Below, piece after piece: positions 1-8,009 of a stretch of 64,000 nucleotides of DNA. The stretch's first letter is position 1. Every line of letters starts with the position of its first letter. A program made the position numbers and the translations under genes. The notes beneath the pieces are model-generated. The model made no database searches and had not been told where the DNA came from. It saw only the letters and a program-made list of their open reading frames with translations. Source of the DNA: a virus (lineage: Duplodnaviria > Caudoviricetes); the IMG/VR virus record IMGVR_UViG_3300028048_000086, positions 1 to 64,000 of that record; one strand, given 5' to 3'.

Positions 1-995
1 CCTTCATCGACATCGGCAACGATATCGAAAACCGGGCGCTGAATCGTCGTCTGCGTTCCCGTTGACGGATCCAGGTAAGGCTGTTCTCTCGTGATACTCT
101 TTATATAATCGACGACACTATGCGGGACAGCTTCTACGATGCCTTCCAGCATAGATGCCGCGAGGCCGCAGGTAATTCTGTCTTCATCTTCATTCGGCGT
201 CGTCGTCGCGAAGATGACATTACCGCGACCTTGGCTCTTGAGAAGATGATCCTTGATATCATCGATATACGCGATTTCTTTCGTAGAGTTCGCGTTGATC
301 GCGCTACGAAGATTTTTCGCTGTCTCGAGATCAAAGTCATCGATAGAAAGCGGAACGTCCTTCGTTCTCGTATTATTTTCAAGGACAGTCAGTGCCTTCG
401 GCAGCATGGTGTCCGGAAGAAGATTGCCATACTTTACACAGAGAGCCAGATTGTTCTTGATACCGACAATATCTTCATCCTGCTTACGATTGACTTCTTT
501 CAGCTCACCGTAGTACGCCGCGACTTCTTTTTTAAGAGCTCCGTACGTATCACGGTCTTGGTCGTATACCTTCGATAGAAAGTTACTGTCAAACATGTCT
601 TCTGTAATGAAGACTCTGCCATCTTTGGCAAGAAGCTGTCCTCTCAGATCCTGAACATCTTTCGTGTTCTGGTCAATCGAAGCTTTTAGGGTATCGTTGA
701 CATGGATAAGATTTCTTTTGATCTCATCCTTCGAATACATATCTGATTTTTTCAGATATTCATTCATGTCCGGAAGCGATGCCTTAGTGGCATCTTCTTC
801 GTCTTTGAGCTTCTGCAGCTCGTCGCGGACTTCCGTATCATCATAAGCGATGAACTTTCCGTCTTTATCCGTGACAGAACTCTTGAGCGTATTGATGATA
901 TTTTTTACTTCCGGATCTAAGTCCTCGGATTTGATCAGAGCATTCTTTCGAAAATATTTGAGGACTTCATCATCAAGATTTCGTAATTTGATCAT
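1..995 (-). CDS. Tail fibre/appendage-associated coiled-coil protein, partial (runs off the left edge)
   Basis: ATG at 995 after GAGG. Frame reads MIKLRNLDDEVLKYFRKNALIKSEDLDPEV... and was open in the segments I translated, down to base 1. It is absent from the ORF track, presumably because no stop falls in the window. The N-terminus resembles MIDVKQLDENF of 5081..6637. Confidence 0.7.
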   Translation of the reverse strand, partial: MIKLRNLDDEVLKYFRKNALIKSEDLDPEVKNIINTLKSSVTDKDGKFIAYDDTEVRDELQKLKDEEDATKASLPDMNEYLKKSDMYSKDEIKRNLIHVNDTLKASIDQNTKDVQDLRGQLLAKDGRVFITEDMFDSNFLSKVYDQDRDTYGALKKEVAAYYGELKEVNRKQDEDIVGIKNNLALCVKYGNLLPDTMLPKALTVLENNTRTKDVPLSIDDFDLETAKNLRSAINANSTKEIAYIDDIKDHLLKSQGRGNVIFATTTPNEDEDRITCGLAASMLEGIVEAVPHSVVDYIKSITREQPYLDPSTGTQTTIQRPVFDIVADVDE

Positions 996-1004
996 ACTCT
1001 ATCC

Positions 1005-2144
1005 TCATTCTTTCCACATCGCCGAGAATGGTGCCCACTTCTTGTCACTCGTGAAAATCTTTATGCATTCTTTGCCGGCCGTCGTGTCAAACCAAATAGA
1101 CCCGGGATTCGGATTATCCGGAAGCGTGTCCTGAATAAACATGATGGCGGCATCTGCCAGCATTTGCTTGATATCAACCGTCGTTGTTGGGAGCTTGCCA
1201 TACTGGTCATACGTTACGATGTTGTAAGCACCCGTACCGACAACGTGTCCCTGTACGGAATCCGCGTTGCCGCCATTCGCCGGAAGTGTCGTCGGAAAGT
1301 CGACGATATCAGCTACTCTATGATAATGTCCCTCGCGAGACAGCGTATCTTCAAATCCTAGGCTTTCAAAAAGCGTATCCAGAGAGTTCGGTTTTCCCGT
1401 GATATCCTTCCATGCGATTGTCTGGATAGCCGGTTCTTCATATTCGTTATCGAGCCAGAAGTCGCCTTCTTCGGCGCCGTCCGGTATAATTTTAGTATCG
1501 CTCACTTTTTTCGTCTCCATTTTCGAAATATCGCTGTAGATACGAGGATATGGATTGCCGATGCGAAGGGACGTCAGATATTGCGCCGTAACTTTTGATC
1601 CCGGAACTAGCTTCGTATTAAGAGCGAATTTTGTCTGCGTCAATTCCTGAACGCCATCATTGATATCGAAACGTAGAGCATCATCAACGAAGACGGTAAG
1701 ATGATGACGGTCAAGAAGATAAGAGCCTTTTTCCAGCGTAAATACGTAGGAGCCATCGCTCATAATCTTCTCGTGGCGAACACTGCCTGTCCGGCCTTTC
1801 TCGTCGCACAAGAAATAGCTGAACATTTTCGGCTTTGCGTCGCCGGTGCCATCGTCCAAGGTTTCGATTTCGAAGACTTCCTGAATTAGCTTGGCATCTT
1901 TATCGATACAGACCGTACCGTCATTTTTACGATCAACGGGAACCCAGTCGGATTCTCCTTCTAACTTCACATAGAGGCGGCCGCCGTCCTTGGCGCTCGC
2001 CGAAGAAATGACGCAGATCGTTCCTACGGGGATGTTTGCCCAGGTAAGCTTGTCTGCCTGTTCTTTCGTTATGATTACGGCTCTGCCGTCAAGAGTATTC
2101 TGCTCACTTACTTTACGTACGCCACGAGCAACTGCGTCTGACAT
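1005..2144 (-). CDS. Tail fibre-like structural protein
   Basis: 379 aa with fibre-type motifs WKDITGKP, HYHRVADIVDFP, ANGGNADSVQG, EEGDFWLD and PNPGSIWFDT; lies in the fibre cluster. Confidence 0.65.
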   Translation of the reverse strand: MSDAVARGVRKVSEQNTLDGRAVIITKEQADKLTWANIPVGTICVISSASAKDGGRLYVKLEGESDWVPVDRKNDGTVCIDKDAKLIQEVFEIETLDDGTGDAKPKMFSYFLCDEKGRTGSVRHEKIMSDGSYVFTLEKGSYLLDRHHLTVFVDDALRFDINDGVQELTQTKFALNTKLVPGSKVTAQYLTSLRIGNPYPRIYSDISKMETKKVSDTKIIPDGAEEGDFWLDNEYEEPAIQTIAWKDITGKPNSLDTLFESLGFEDTLSREGHYHRVADIVDFPTTLPANGGNADSVQGHVVGTGAYNIVTYDQYGKLPTTTVDIKQMLADAAIMFIQDTLPDNPNPGSIWFDTTAGKECIKIFTSDKKWAPFSAMWKE

Positions 2145-2199
2145 AGCTTTTCACGTCCTTTAGGTATCGCTATAGAAATATTACCAATCGTAGATTCCA

Positions 2200-2232
2200 T
2201 AAAAATAGGCGTCGGTAAAAAGCCCCGACGCC
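2200..2232 (-). terminator. Rho-independent terminator after the holin-like gene
   Basis: Stem GGCGTCGG/CCGACGCC followed on the minus strand by TATTTTTA. Confidence 0.65.
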
Positions 2233-2251
2233 CCTTTTCCCTAGTTATCTA

Positions 2252-2605
2252 TTACATTTCCCGAGGGATAATTTCAAAGGTCTTGAAGTCATTATATATA
2301 TCAGTCACCATGCCATTCCCTCCGAGACCATGATATGCCTGATAGAGGAAATCCATGTTCTGAGTATCGTAATAAGTTTTCTTCCTTCCGTCTCGAAGAC
2401 ATTTATCGTGAAGCTGGATGATGCTGTTACGGAGAAGCGATTGAAGTCCGAGGGCGGTTGCGGTCGCTTGCTTTTCTAATTTTTCGGCAGCTTTCTGCCG
2501 CTCTTGTTCTCTCTTCTCGTATTTTCTTCTCATATGCTCCACGAATGCCGTAAGGGCTATAGGGATCGCCGTCAAAAGCACCTGCAACCAGAAAGCATAG
2601 TCCAT
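2252..2605 (-). CDS. Putative holin / small membrane protein
   Basis: 117 aa; one N-terminal hydrophobic helix (FWLQVLLTAIPIALTAFV), a coiled coil, and a C-terminal YHGLGGNG motif typical of holin-like proteins of Firmicutes phages; AAGGAG RBS. Confidence 0.55.
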   Translation of the reverse strand: MDYAFWLQVLLTAIPIALTAFVEHMRRKYEKREQERQKAAEKLEKQATATALGLQSLLRNSIIQLHDKCLRDGRKKTYYDTQNMDFLYQAYHGLGGNGMVTDIYNDFKTFEIIPREM

Positions 2606-2659
2606 GGGGGCATTTGCTCCTTTCTAGTAGTATTTCTTGAATTTTGCTTCATAGATAAA

Positions 2660-2702
2660 ATTACGGGATAGAACGGAATACCAGCACTCTACGTTTTGAA
2701 AT
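2660..2702 (-). promoter_or_regulatory. Candidate phage late promoter ATTTCAAAACGTA-N24-CGTAAT
   Basis: The same two boxes with the same 24-nt spacer recur at 7911..7953; both copies are intergenic and upstream of an RBS. Confidence 0.45.
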
Positions 2703-2709
2703 TATTGAT

Positions 2710-2759
2710 AAAAAACGGCGCGGCGCAACCCCATGATTTCAATCGTGGGAGTATGTCAA
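2710..2759 (+). mobile_element. Miniature IS200/IS605-family end remnant (PATE-like)
   Basis: Preceded by TTGAT (2705-2709), contains the hairpin CCCATGATT-TC-AATCGTGGG, and ends GAGTATGTCAA. This matches the target and right-end pattern of ISDra2-like elements. No tnpA or tnpB is present. Confidence 0.55.
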
Positions 2760-2775
2760 CGAAATCGTACGATAC

Positions 2776-2807
2776 AAAAAGCGAGTAAGCAAAAAGCTTG
2801 CTCGCTT
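2776..2807 (-). terminator. Rho-independent terminator
   Basis: Stem AAGCGAGTAAGC/GCTTGCTCGCTT followed by a T-run on the minus strand. Confidence 0.7.
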
Positions 2808-2829
2808 GTCGATATATTATTCGATTCTG

Positions 2830-3618
2830 TTATTTAGCTGGTTCTGTAGTGCGATAAGAGATGATTGTAAATTGACTCTCATTCAATCCAAGATCAGAAG
2901 CTTTGAGATTCTTCGGAGCGTTTTTGATCTTTAATCCTTTGAGTTTCGTGCAGTTTTCAAACATTCTTTCCCATGTCGTAGCGGAAGTCATGTCGATGTC
3001 ACCAGGAATATTCTCAAGCGATTCACAGCCAGAGAACATTGTCTCAAAATTTTTTCCGCGAGAAGTATCCATTTCAGGGACTTCTTTCAGTGCTGAACAT
3101 CCAGCGAACATCGACCTAAAATTTTCAACTTTTGACGTATTGTATTTCGGTACATTCATAAGTTTGTGGCATCCAACGAATAAGCATTCCATGCTTGTTA
3201 TATTTTTTGTATCAAGCACTGGGGCAGTGACCAATGACGAACATCTTATAAATAGTTGAAGCGAAGTAACCGATGGATCTAATACGATTTTGTCAGGTAC
3301 TTCTTCCTTCGCAAAATCATACCCGTAAATACCGATAATCGAAGAATATCCATTGAGAATTAGATAATGTCCATCTTTAAAATGCTTCGCATCCACTTTC
3401 CCGTCATTATTCCAATCTATATTTTTAGGAACACCATTTAGTACGGCTTTTACGGCTTTAAACGGATACGAAGATTTCTCCATTTGCTCATTTGTTGGTT
3501 TTACAGCTTTTTCAACGCTAATGAGCTCGAAAGTGCTTGGTTCAAGAGAGTGAACATTAATAGGTATGGCATCCTCATCTTTGCTCGCCGAAATAATATC
3601 GATTCCATAGAACTTCAT
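2830..3618 (-). CDS. DUF285/BspA-like surface repeat protein (putative appendage or receptor-binding protein)
   Basis: ~23-aa repeats of the form DTKNITSMECLFVGCHKL / NTSKVENFRSMFAGCSAL / DTSRGKNFETMFSGCESL; AAGGAG RBS. Confidence 0.75.
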   Translation of the reverse strand: MKFYGIDIISASKDEDAIPINVHSLEPSTFELISVEKAVKPTNEQMEKSSYPFKAVKAVLNGVPKNIDWNNDGKVDAKHFKDGHYLILNGYSSIIGIYGYDFAKEEVPDKIVLDPSVTSLQLFIRCSSLVTAPVLDTKNITSMECLFVGCHKLMNVPKYNTSKVENFRSMFAGCSALKEVPEMDTSRGKNFETMFSGCESLENIPGDIDMTSATTWERMFENCTKLKGLKIKNAPKNLKASDLGLNESQFTIISYRTTEPAK

Positions 3619-3646
3619 TTAAATAGCTCCTTTATATATATTGTCG

Positions 3647-3694
3647 TTTATACTATAAAATCCGACGAATATTCGTCGGATTTTATAGTATAAA
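3647..3694. repeat. Perfect 48-bp palindrome
   Basis: TTTATACTATAAAATCCGACGAAT|ATTCGTCGGATTTTATAGTATAAA: 24-bp arms, no loop, intergenic. Confidence 0.9.
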
Positions 3695-3706
3695 ACTTAA
3701 GTAAAA

Positions 3707-5050
3707 TTACTTACTAGCGTCGTAGACGAAGTAGACGGCATTTGTCAGATCCTTATCAATGTCGAAGCCTTCATTTGCTTCTGTGAGCGTCCACGTAGCT
3801 TTCTTCGCGGCACGGTCCACCGTGAAGTCATCACCTTCGAAATACGGGCAATGGTTGATATAGAGAGCAACCTTGTCATCCGTCGGCGTCTTCGAGAGCG
3901 TGAACTCCGTCACCGGAGCACTAGCTTCCGCCGTAACGGCGATTTTGTCCGTGACATGCTCAACAGCTTCACCGACATTCGCGAGAGCCGCGAGAACGGC
4001 TTTTTCAGAAAGAACTTTGTCGTCGGACGGCGTGTAGCCAGAAGCTTTCGTGTCAACCGTCGAAGCAACGACGTTGCTCTTGTCAAGCTTCTTCGCATCT
4101 TCAGCGATAAGAGAAGACGGGTCGAAGACGTTCGGAATCGCGGCCGTCTTGATGACATCCTGAAGATCCGTATCAAGATCTTCCATCTTAAGGGCATCGG
4201 AAGTCTTGCGGAAGAGCGGCGTCTTTACGCCCTTGTCGTCGACAGAATAAACATCCGTCGTATCAGCCTTCGCGTCGATCTTCGTCTGGAGAGTTGCCGT
4301 GGCGTCATTCAGCTGATCCTGAACAGCCTTCGTGCCGATCTGCGTCTTGACAGCATCGATGATGCCCTTGTCCTTGGCGAGTTCGACGATGACTTTATTC
4401 AGAGCCTGCTTGTAAGCGATGAGCTGGATCTCGTTGTTGTCGAGAAGAGCTTCTGCCGGGAGATCCGAAAGCTTCCACTCGCCAGCCGGGAAGACCTTGA
4501 CTTTCGAGATCGTAGCAACCTTATAGACGAAGGAGCCATCCGTGGACTTCGCCGAAGCATCCGCATCGATGACCGACGGCGTGCCGTTGAAAGCACCCGT
4601 AGTCATATCAACGATGAGCTGTTCGCCCCTTTCGTTCAGGAGAACTTCGTTGTCAGCCGAGTAAGCCGGAAGCTTAATCGTCTTGTTGAGACCCGGAATC
4701 TTCGTATCAATATCCGTCGGGATAGCTGCCTTGCCATCAACGATGGAAAGTTCCGTACGAACAACGTCTCTGATCTTCTTATCCTGAAGAGCTTTGATAG
4801 CCGTATCGAGGCTCGTAATCGTCGGCGTCGAGGAGCTGGCACCAGCCGTACCGAGAATCGAGGAAAGGCTCGTGCGAAGTTCCGTGAGGAGTTCTTCGAC
4901 GTTATAATTGCCTGCTGCTGCGTCAGCGCCCTTCGCGATCTTCGTTAAAACCTTCGCGGCATCATACGAAGTGAGAAGAGCCTGGACGTCAGACTGAAGC
5001 TTTTTACCGCCTTTGATCTGAGAGAGATTCATAAGTGACATAAGAGTCAT
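3707..5050 (-). CDS. Virion structural/fibre protein with C-terminal beta-rich module
   Basis: 447 aa; coiled-coil segments; C-terminal FTLSKTP...VALYINH...EGDDFTVDR...W module shared with 6653, 9670 and 10726. Confidence 0.6.
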   Translation of the reverse strand: MTLMSLMNLSQIKGGKKLQSDVQALLTSYDAAKVLTKIAKGADAAAGNYNVEELLTELRTSLSSILGTAGASSSTPTITSLDTAIKALQDKKIRDVVRTELSIVDGKAAIPTDIDTKIPGLNKTIKLPAYSADNEVLLNERGEQLIVDMTTGAFNGTPSVIDADASAKSTDGSFVYKVATISKVKVFPAGEWKLSDLPAEALLDNNEIQLIAYKQALNKVIVELAKDKGIIDAVKTQIGTKAVQDQLNDATATLQTKIDAKADTTDVYSVDDKGVKTPLFRKTSDALKMEDLDTDLQDVIKTAAIPNVFDPSSLIAEDAKKLDKSNVVASTVDTKASGYTPSDDKVLSEKAVLAALANVGEAVEHVTDKIAVTAEASAPVTEFTLSKTPTDDKVALYINHCPYFEGDDFTVDRAAKKATWTLTEANEGFDIDKDLTNAVYFVYDASK

Positions 5051-5080
5051 CCAACCTTTCTATTTTATCTAGATAAAAAC

Positions 5081-6637
5081 TTAGTCAATGTAATTGTCGA
5101 TAACGTACTTGCCTGCTGCGATACCGATTTTCGAGAGGTCAAGAGAACGTGGTACATTCTTCAAGTGGAAGCCGTTGTCTTTTGTATTCTTCGCATTTTG
5201 GAACATATTGCCAACGTTCTCGGCGCTCGAAAGATCGATTGCCCACGGAAGTTCAACTAGCCTATAGTTTCCATTGAACAAGTTCGATAAATTTTTAGCC
5301 TGCTTTGTACTAAATTCTGGAATCGTATCGAAACTAGTACCGCAAAACATTCCTGACATATCGATTACGGATTCTGTATTGATAGCCTTTGTTGGCTTTA
5401 AGTATCCGCAACCATTAAACATTCCTTTCGCATTTGTTACCTTGTTCATATTAAGCCACTCAGGGAAATCCGTAATATGAGTGCTTGAGAACATATAGCT
5501 AGTATTTTCTGCTTTGCTCATGTCAAGCGTCGGGATTTTTTCGAGAACGCTCAGCCCTTGGAATATTCCGCTGAAATCTGTAAGATTACTTGTATCAAGC
5601 TTTTCTGGAATATGCGTTAATTTACAACGCATATCATAGCTATACATGCTGCCGATAGAATGATTGCTATCTGTCAGCGTCATAACGAATTCGTTAACTG
5701 AATCGTCAATATAATTATCAACGACGTACTTTGAAGCATCGCATCCAATCTTCGACAGATCGAGTTTCTTTGGTACGTTTTTAAGATGAACTCCGCCATC
5801 TTTTAGGGAGGTGCATCCTTCAAATACGCCTTCGGCAGAATAAACATTTTTCATGTCAATAGACTTAACGTCTTGAAGCGCCGTAGCATTTCTAAAAAGC
5901 CAATCGATATTTGTTGCATCATAGAAGCTTACGTTGCCGACGTGAATCATCTTAGAACCACTAAAGTCACAGTATGTAATACTATGCATAGCCATATCAC
6001 CAATGTCAGTGACCGTAGCTGGAATGCTGAGTACTTTCACGTATGGAGCGTCGAATGAAGGAAGCGTCGTGCGATTTTTATTCGACGACTTGTCAACGAC
6101 AGTTAAATTATCTATTTCCGGCATATCGAAATTTTGTTTCTCGAATTTTTGAACGTAATCTGGATTATGATTTGCAATGCGGTCATTTAAGTCTATCGTG
6201 TTATTCTTGTCTACAAACGAAACAAAAACACGATATGCTGGAAGAGACTTAAATTCGGGGTCATTAACTCCTGCGGGGAGCGCTAGCTCTGGATAAACGA
6301 CGAATTCTTTTCCGCGAAGATCCTGGTTTTCTCCTCGAAGAATGCTGTCTGCATATCCCCCAAGAGCACTGAGCGAAGAAACTGGGCTTTTTATGGCGTG
6401 GTAACCTCTTACGAAGTAATTGACTGTTGTTCCATCGTTTAGTTCAATATTGAAATTTGACGGTAGATCCTTGTCGTTGATATCTATCCCAGTGTTTACA
6501 TCCGAAGAGCGAATCGTATGAAGTTCTTCTTCTCCTATTACTCTTTTGATAGAACGAGGAGCGCCGTCAGCAATGGTCTTAATCGCTTTCAGAATCTCGC
6601 TCATAAAATTTTCGTCTAGTTGTTTTACGTCGATCAA
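5081..6637 (-). CDS. DUF285/BspA-like repeat protein with duplicated cap module
   Basis: Repeats such as LDTSNLTDFSGIFQG, LDMSKAENTSYMFSS, INTESVIDMSGMFCG; the cap HLKNVP..LDLSKIG....KYV.DNYID occurs twice. Confidence 0.75.
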   Translation of the reverse strand: MIDVKQLDENFMSEILKAIKTIADGAPRSIKRVIGEEELHTIRSSDVNTGIDINDKDLPSNFNIELNDGTTVNYFVRGYHAIKSPVSSLSALGGYADSILRGENQDLRGKEFVVYPELALPAGVNDPEFKSLPAYRVFVSFVDKNNTIDLNDRIANHNPDYVQKFEKQNFDMPEIDNLTVVDKSSNKNRTTLPSFDAPYVKVLSIPATVTDIGDMAMHSITYCDFSGSKMIHVGNVSFYDATNIDWLFRNATALQDVKSIDMKNVYSAEGVFEGCTSLKDGGVHLKNVPKKLDLSKIGCDASKYVVDNYIDDSVNEFVMTLTDSNHSIGSMYSYDMRCKLTHIPEKLDTSNLTDFSGIFQGLSVLEKIPTLDMSKAENTSYMFSSTHITDFPEWLNMNKVTNAKGMFNGCGYLKPTKAINTESVIDMSGMFCGTSFDTIPEFSTKQAKNLSNLFNGNYRLVELPWAIDLSSAENVGNMFQNAKNTKDNGFHLKNVPRSLDLSKIGIAAGKYVIDNYID

Positions 6638-6652
6638 GTTTATGCTCCTCTC

Positions 6653-7156
6653 TTAGTTCTTAGCCATGTAGACGATAGAAATGATATCTTTCGAGCTGAG
6701 GCTGAAGCCATTCGGATGCTTCTCGTCTTTGATACCGATCCACGTTTCTTCGTTCGTATTCTCGTCATACGAGTGGTCAGCACGAGCGTATTTGACGCCG
6801 TTGACGAAGAACATGATATTATCTTTATCAGCCGGAGTCTTCGTAAGCAAGAACTTCGTATCTCCATCCTGGCATTTGAATTCATCATTCTGAATGCCGC
6901 CGGAGACGATACTCGTAACCTGTTCTTTGACGATATTGATGATATTCTCTTTAACGTCAGTTACCTGATCAGAAGCTGTCTGAGATTTGTTAATTGCCTG
7001 AGACAGATTACCTTTCAGCTCATTGATAGCTTTCGTGATAGACTTCTGTGTTGTCTTCAGCTGGTTCAGCTTGTTGATTTTCGCATTAGCTTCAAGGGAA
7101 GTAGTGAGGACGTCTGCCTGGATCACGCTTAAATCCGTTGATTTATCGTAGGCCAT
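6653..7156 (-). CDS. Fibre-associated protein (coiled coil plus shared beta module)
   Basis: 167 aa; LKTTQKSITKAINEL is a fibre-type heptad motif; C-terminal FLLTKTP...FFVNGVKY module; GGAGG RBS. Confidence 0.6.
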   Translation of the reverse strand: MAYDKSTDLSVIQADVLTTSLEANAKINKLNQLKTTQKSITKAINELKGNLSQAINKSQTASDQVTDVKENIINIVKEQVTSIVSGGIQNDEFKCQDGDTKFLLTKTPADKDNIMFFVNGVKYARADHSYDENTNEETWIGIKDEKHPNGFSLSSKDIISIVYMAKN

Positions 7157-7172
7157 ATTTTAATACCTCCGG

Positions 7173-7829
7173 TTACGGCTCGTACGTGACACGTAGCTTA
7201 TAAGCTTTGTTCGTATAATCCATCTGAAGATCGAGAGAGCTGTCAAGGCAATAGCCGCCAAGGGGAGCGTCGAAGGACGGCGTAAATCCGAGAGCCTTCA
7301 GATCATTGAAGACCTTATCATTCTTTTCGCCGGCGTTTTCGACCCACGGAAGTTCGTAAGCGCTCGTCGGCTTGTCAGGCGTACCGAGGAAATAAACATG
7401 GATCTTACGGCCAACGCCATCAGCCGCCGCGCCTGCCGTATTATCATCCGTCATAACGGACTTCTGCTCATCCGTAAAGAGCGTCGAGATATCGAAATCC
7501 GTACCCGGCGTATTTTCCGGCGACGTAATGTCGACCGTCCAAGCTGCTTTCGGCTTATCATCCGTTTTCGGTTCTGTCGGTTCCGTTTTTGGAGTATCGG
7601 AAGAGCTTGTAGCTCTGGAGGCGATAAAGACGCCCTTCATATTTCCGTCTCTGTCTGCTTTCTTGTAATTTAGCGTGCAGTAGCTCTTATTCTCGTGGAG
7701 ATCTTTTTCGTCCACGAGAATCGCTTTCTTCGTGATATTGCCTTCATTGTCCTGAGCGTTGACCGTGACGTAGTATCCCGTAGACGGGGTATCTACGACA
7801 GCCAAGCCGCGAAATTCGATATCGGCCAT
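7173..7829 (-). CDS. Hypothetical appendage/decoration protein
   Basis: 218 aa; N-terminus (IEFRGLAVV...YVTVN) resembles those of 2830..3618 and 8010..9548; P/T/K-rich linker; AAGGAG RBS. Confidence 0.6.
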   Translation of the reverse strand: MADIEFRGLAVVDTPSTGYYVTVNAQDNEGNITKKAILVDEKDLHENKSYCTLNYKKADRDGNMKGVFIASRATSSSDTPKTEPTEPKTDDKPKAAWTVDITSPENTPGTDFDISTLFTDEQKSVMTDDNTAGAAADGVGRKIHVYFLGTPDKPTSAYELPWVENAGEKNDKVFNDLKALGFTPSFDAPLGGYCLDSSLDLQMDYTNKAYKLRVTYEP

Positions 7830-7910
7830 TCACTAAAAACTCCTTCCTAAAATTCGATTCTACGAGTAGAAGAATATAGTATATACTATGTTTTCCCTCG
7901 CCTTTTATCT

Positions 7911-7953
7911 ATTACGTTCGAGACTTTCGGCTACTCATTTTACGTTTTGAAAT
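7911..7953 (-). promoter_or_regulatory. Candidate phage late promoter ATTTCAAAACGTA-N24-CGTAAT (second copy)
   Basis: Boxes and spacer length identical to 2660..2702. Confidence 0.45.
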
Positions 7954-8009
7954 GATGAATTTGTGACGCGAAATATTCTTCGCAGTAAGTAGCTCAGGTA
8001 CCTTCTTAA

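Noticed and set aside
7929-7994. Possible riboswitch-like multi-stem (GCTACT...AGTAGC)
   Set aside because: The stems are short and I could not match them to any known aptamer consensus. The region is better explained by the shared promoter-like motif.
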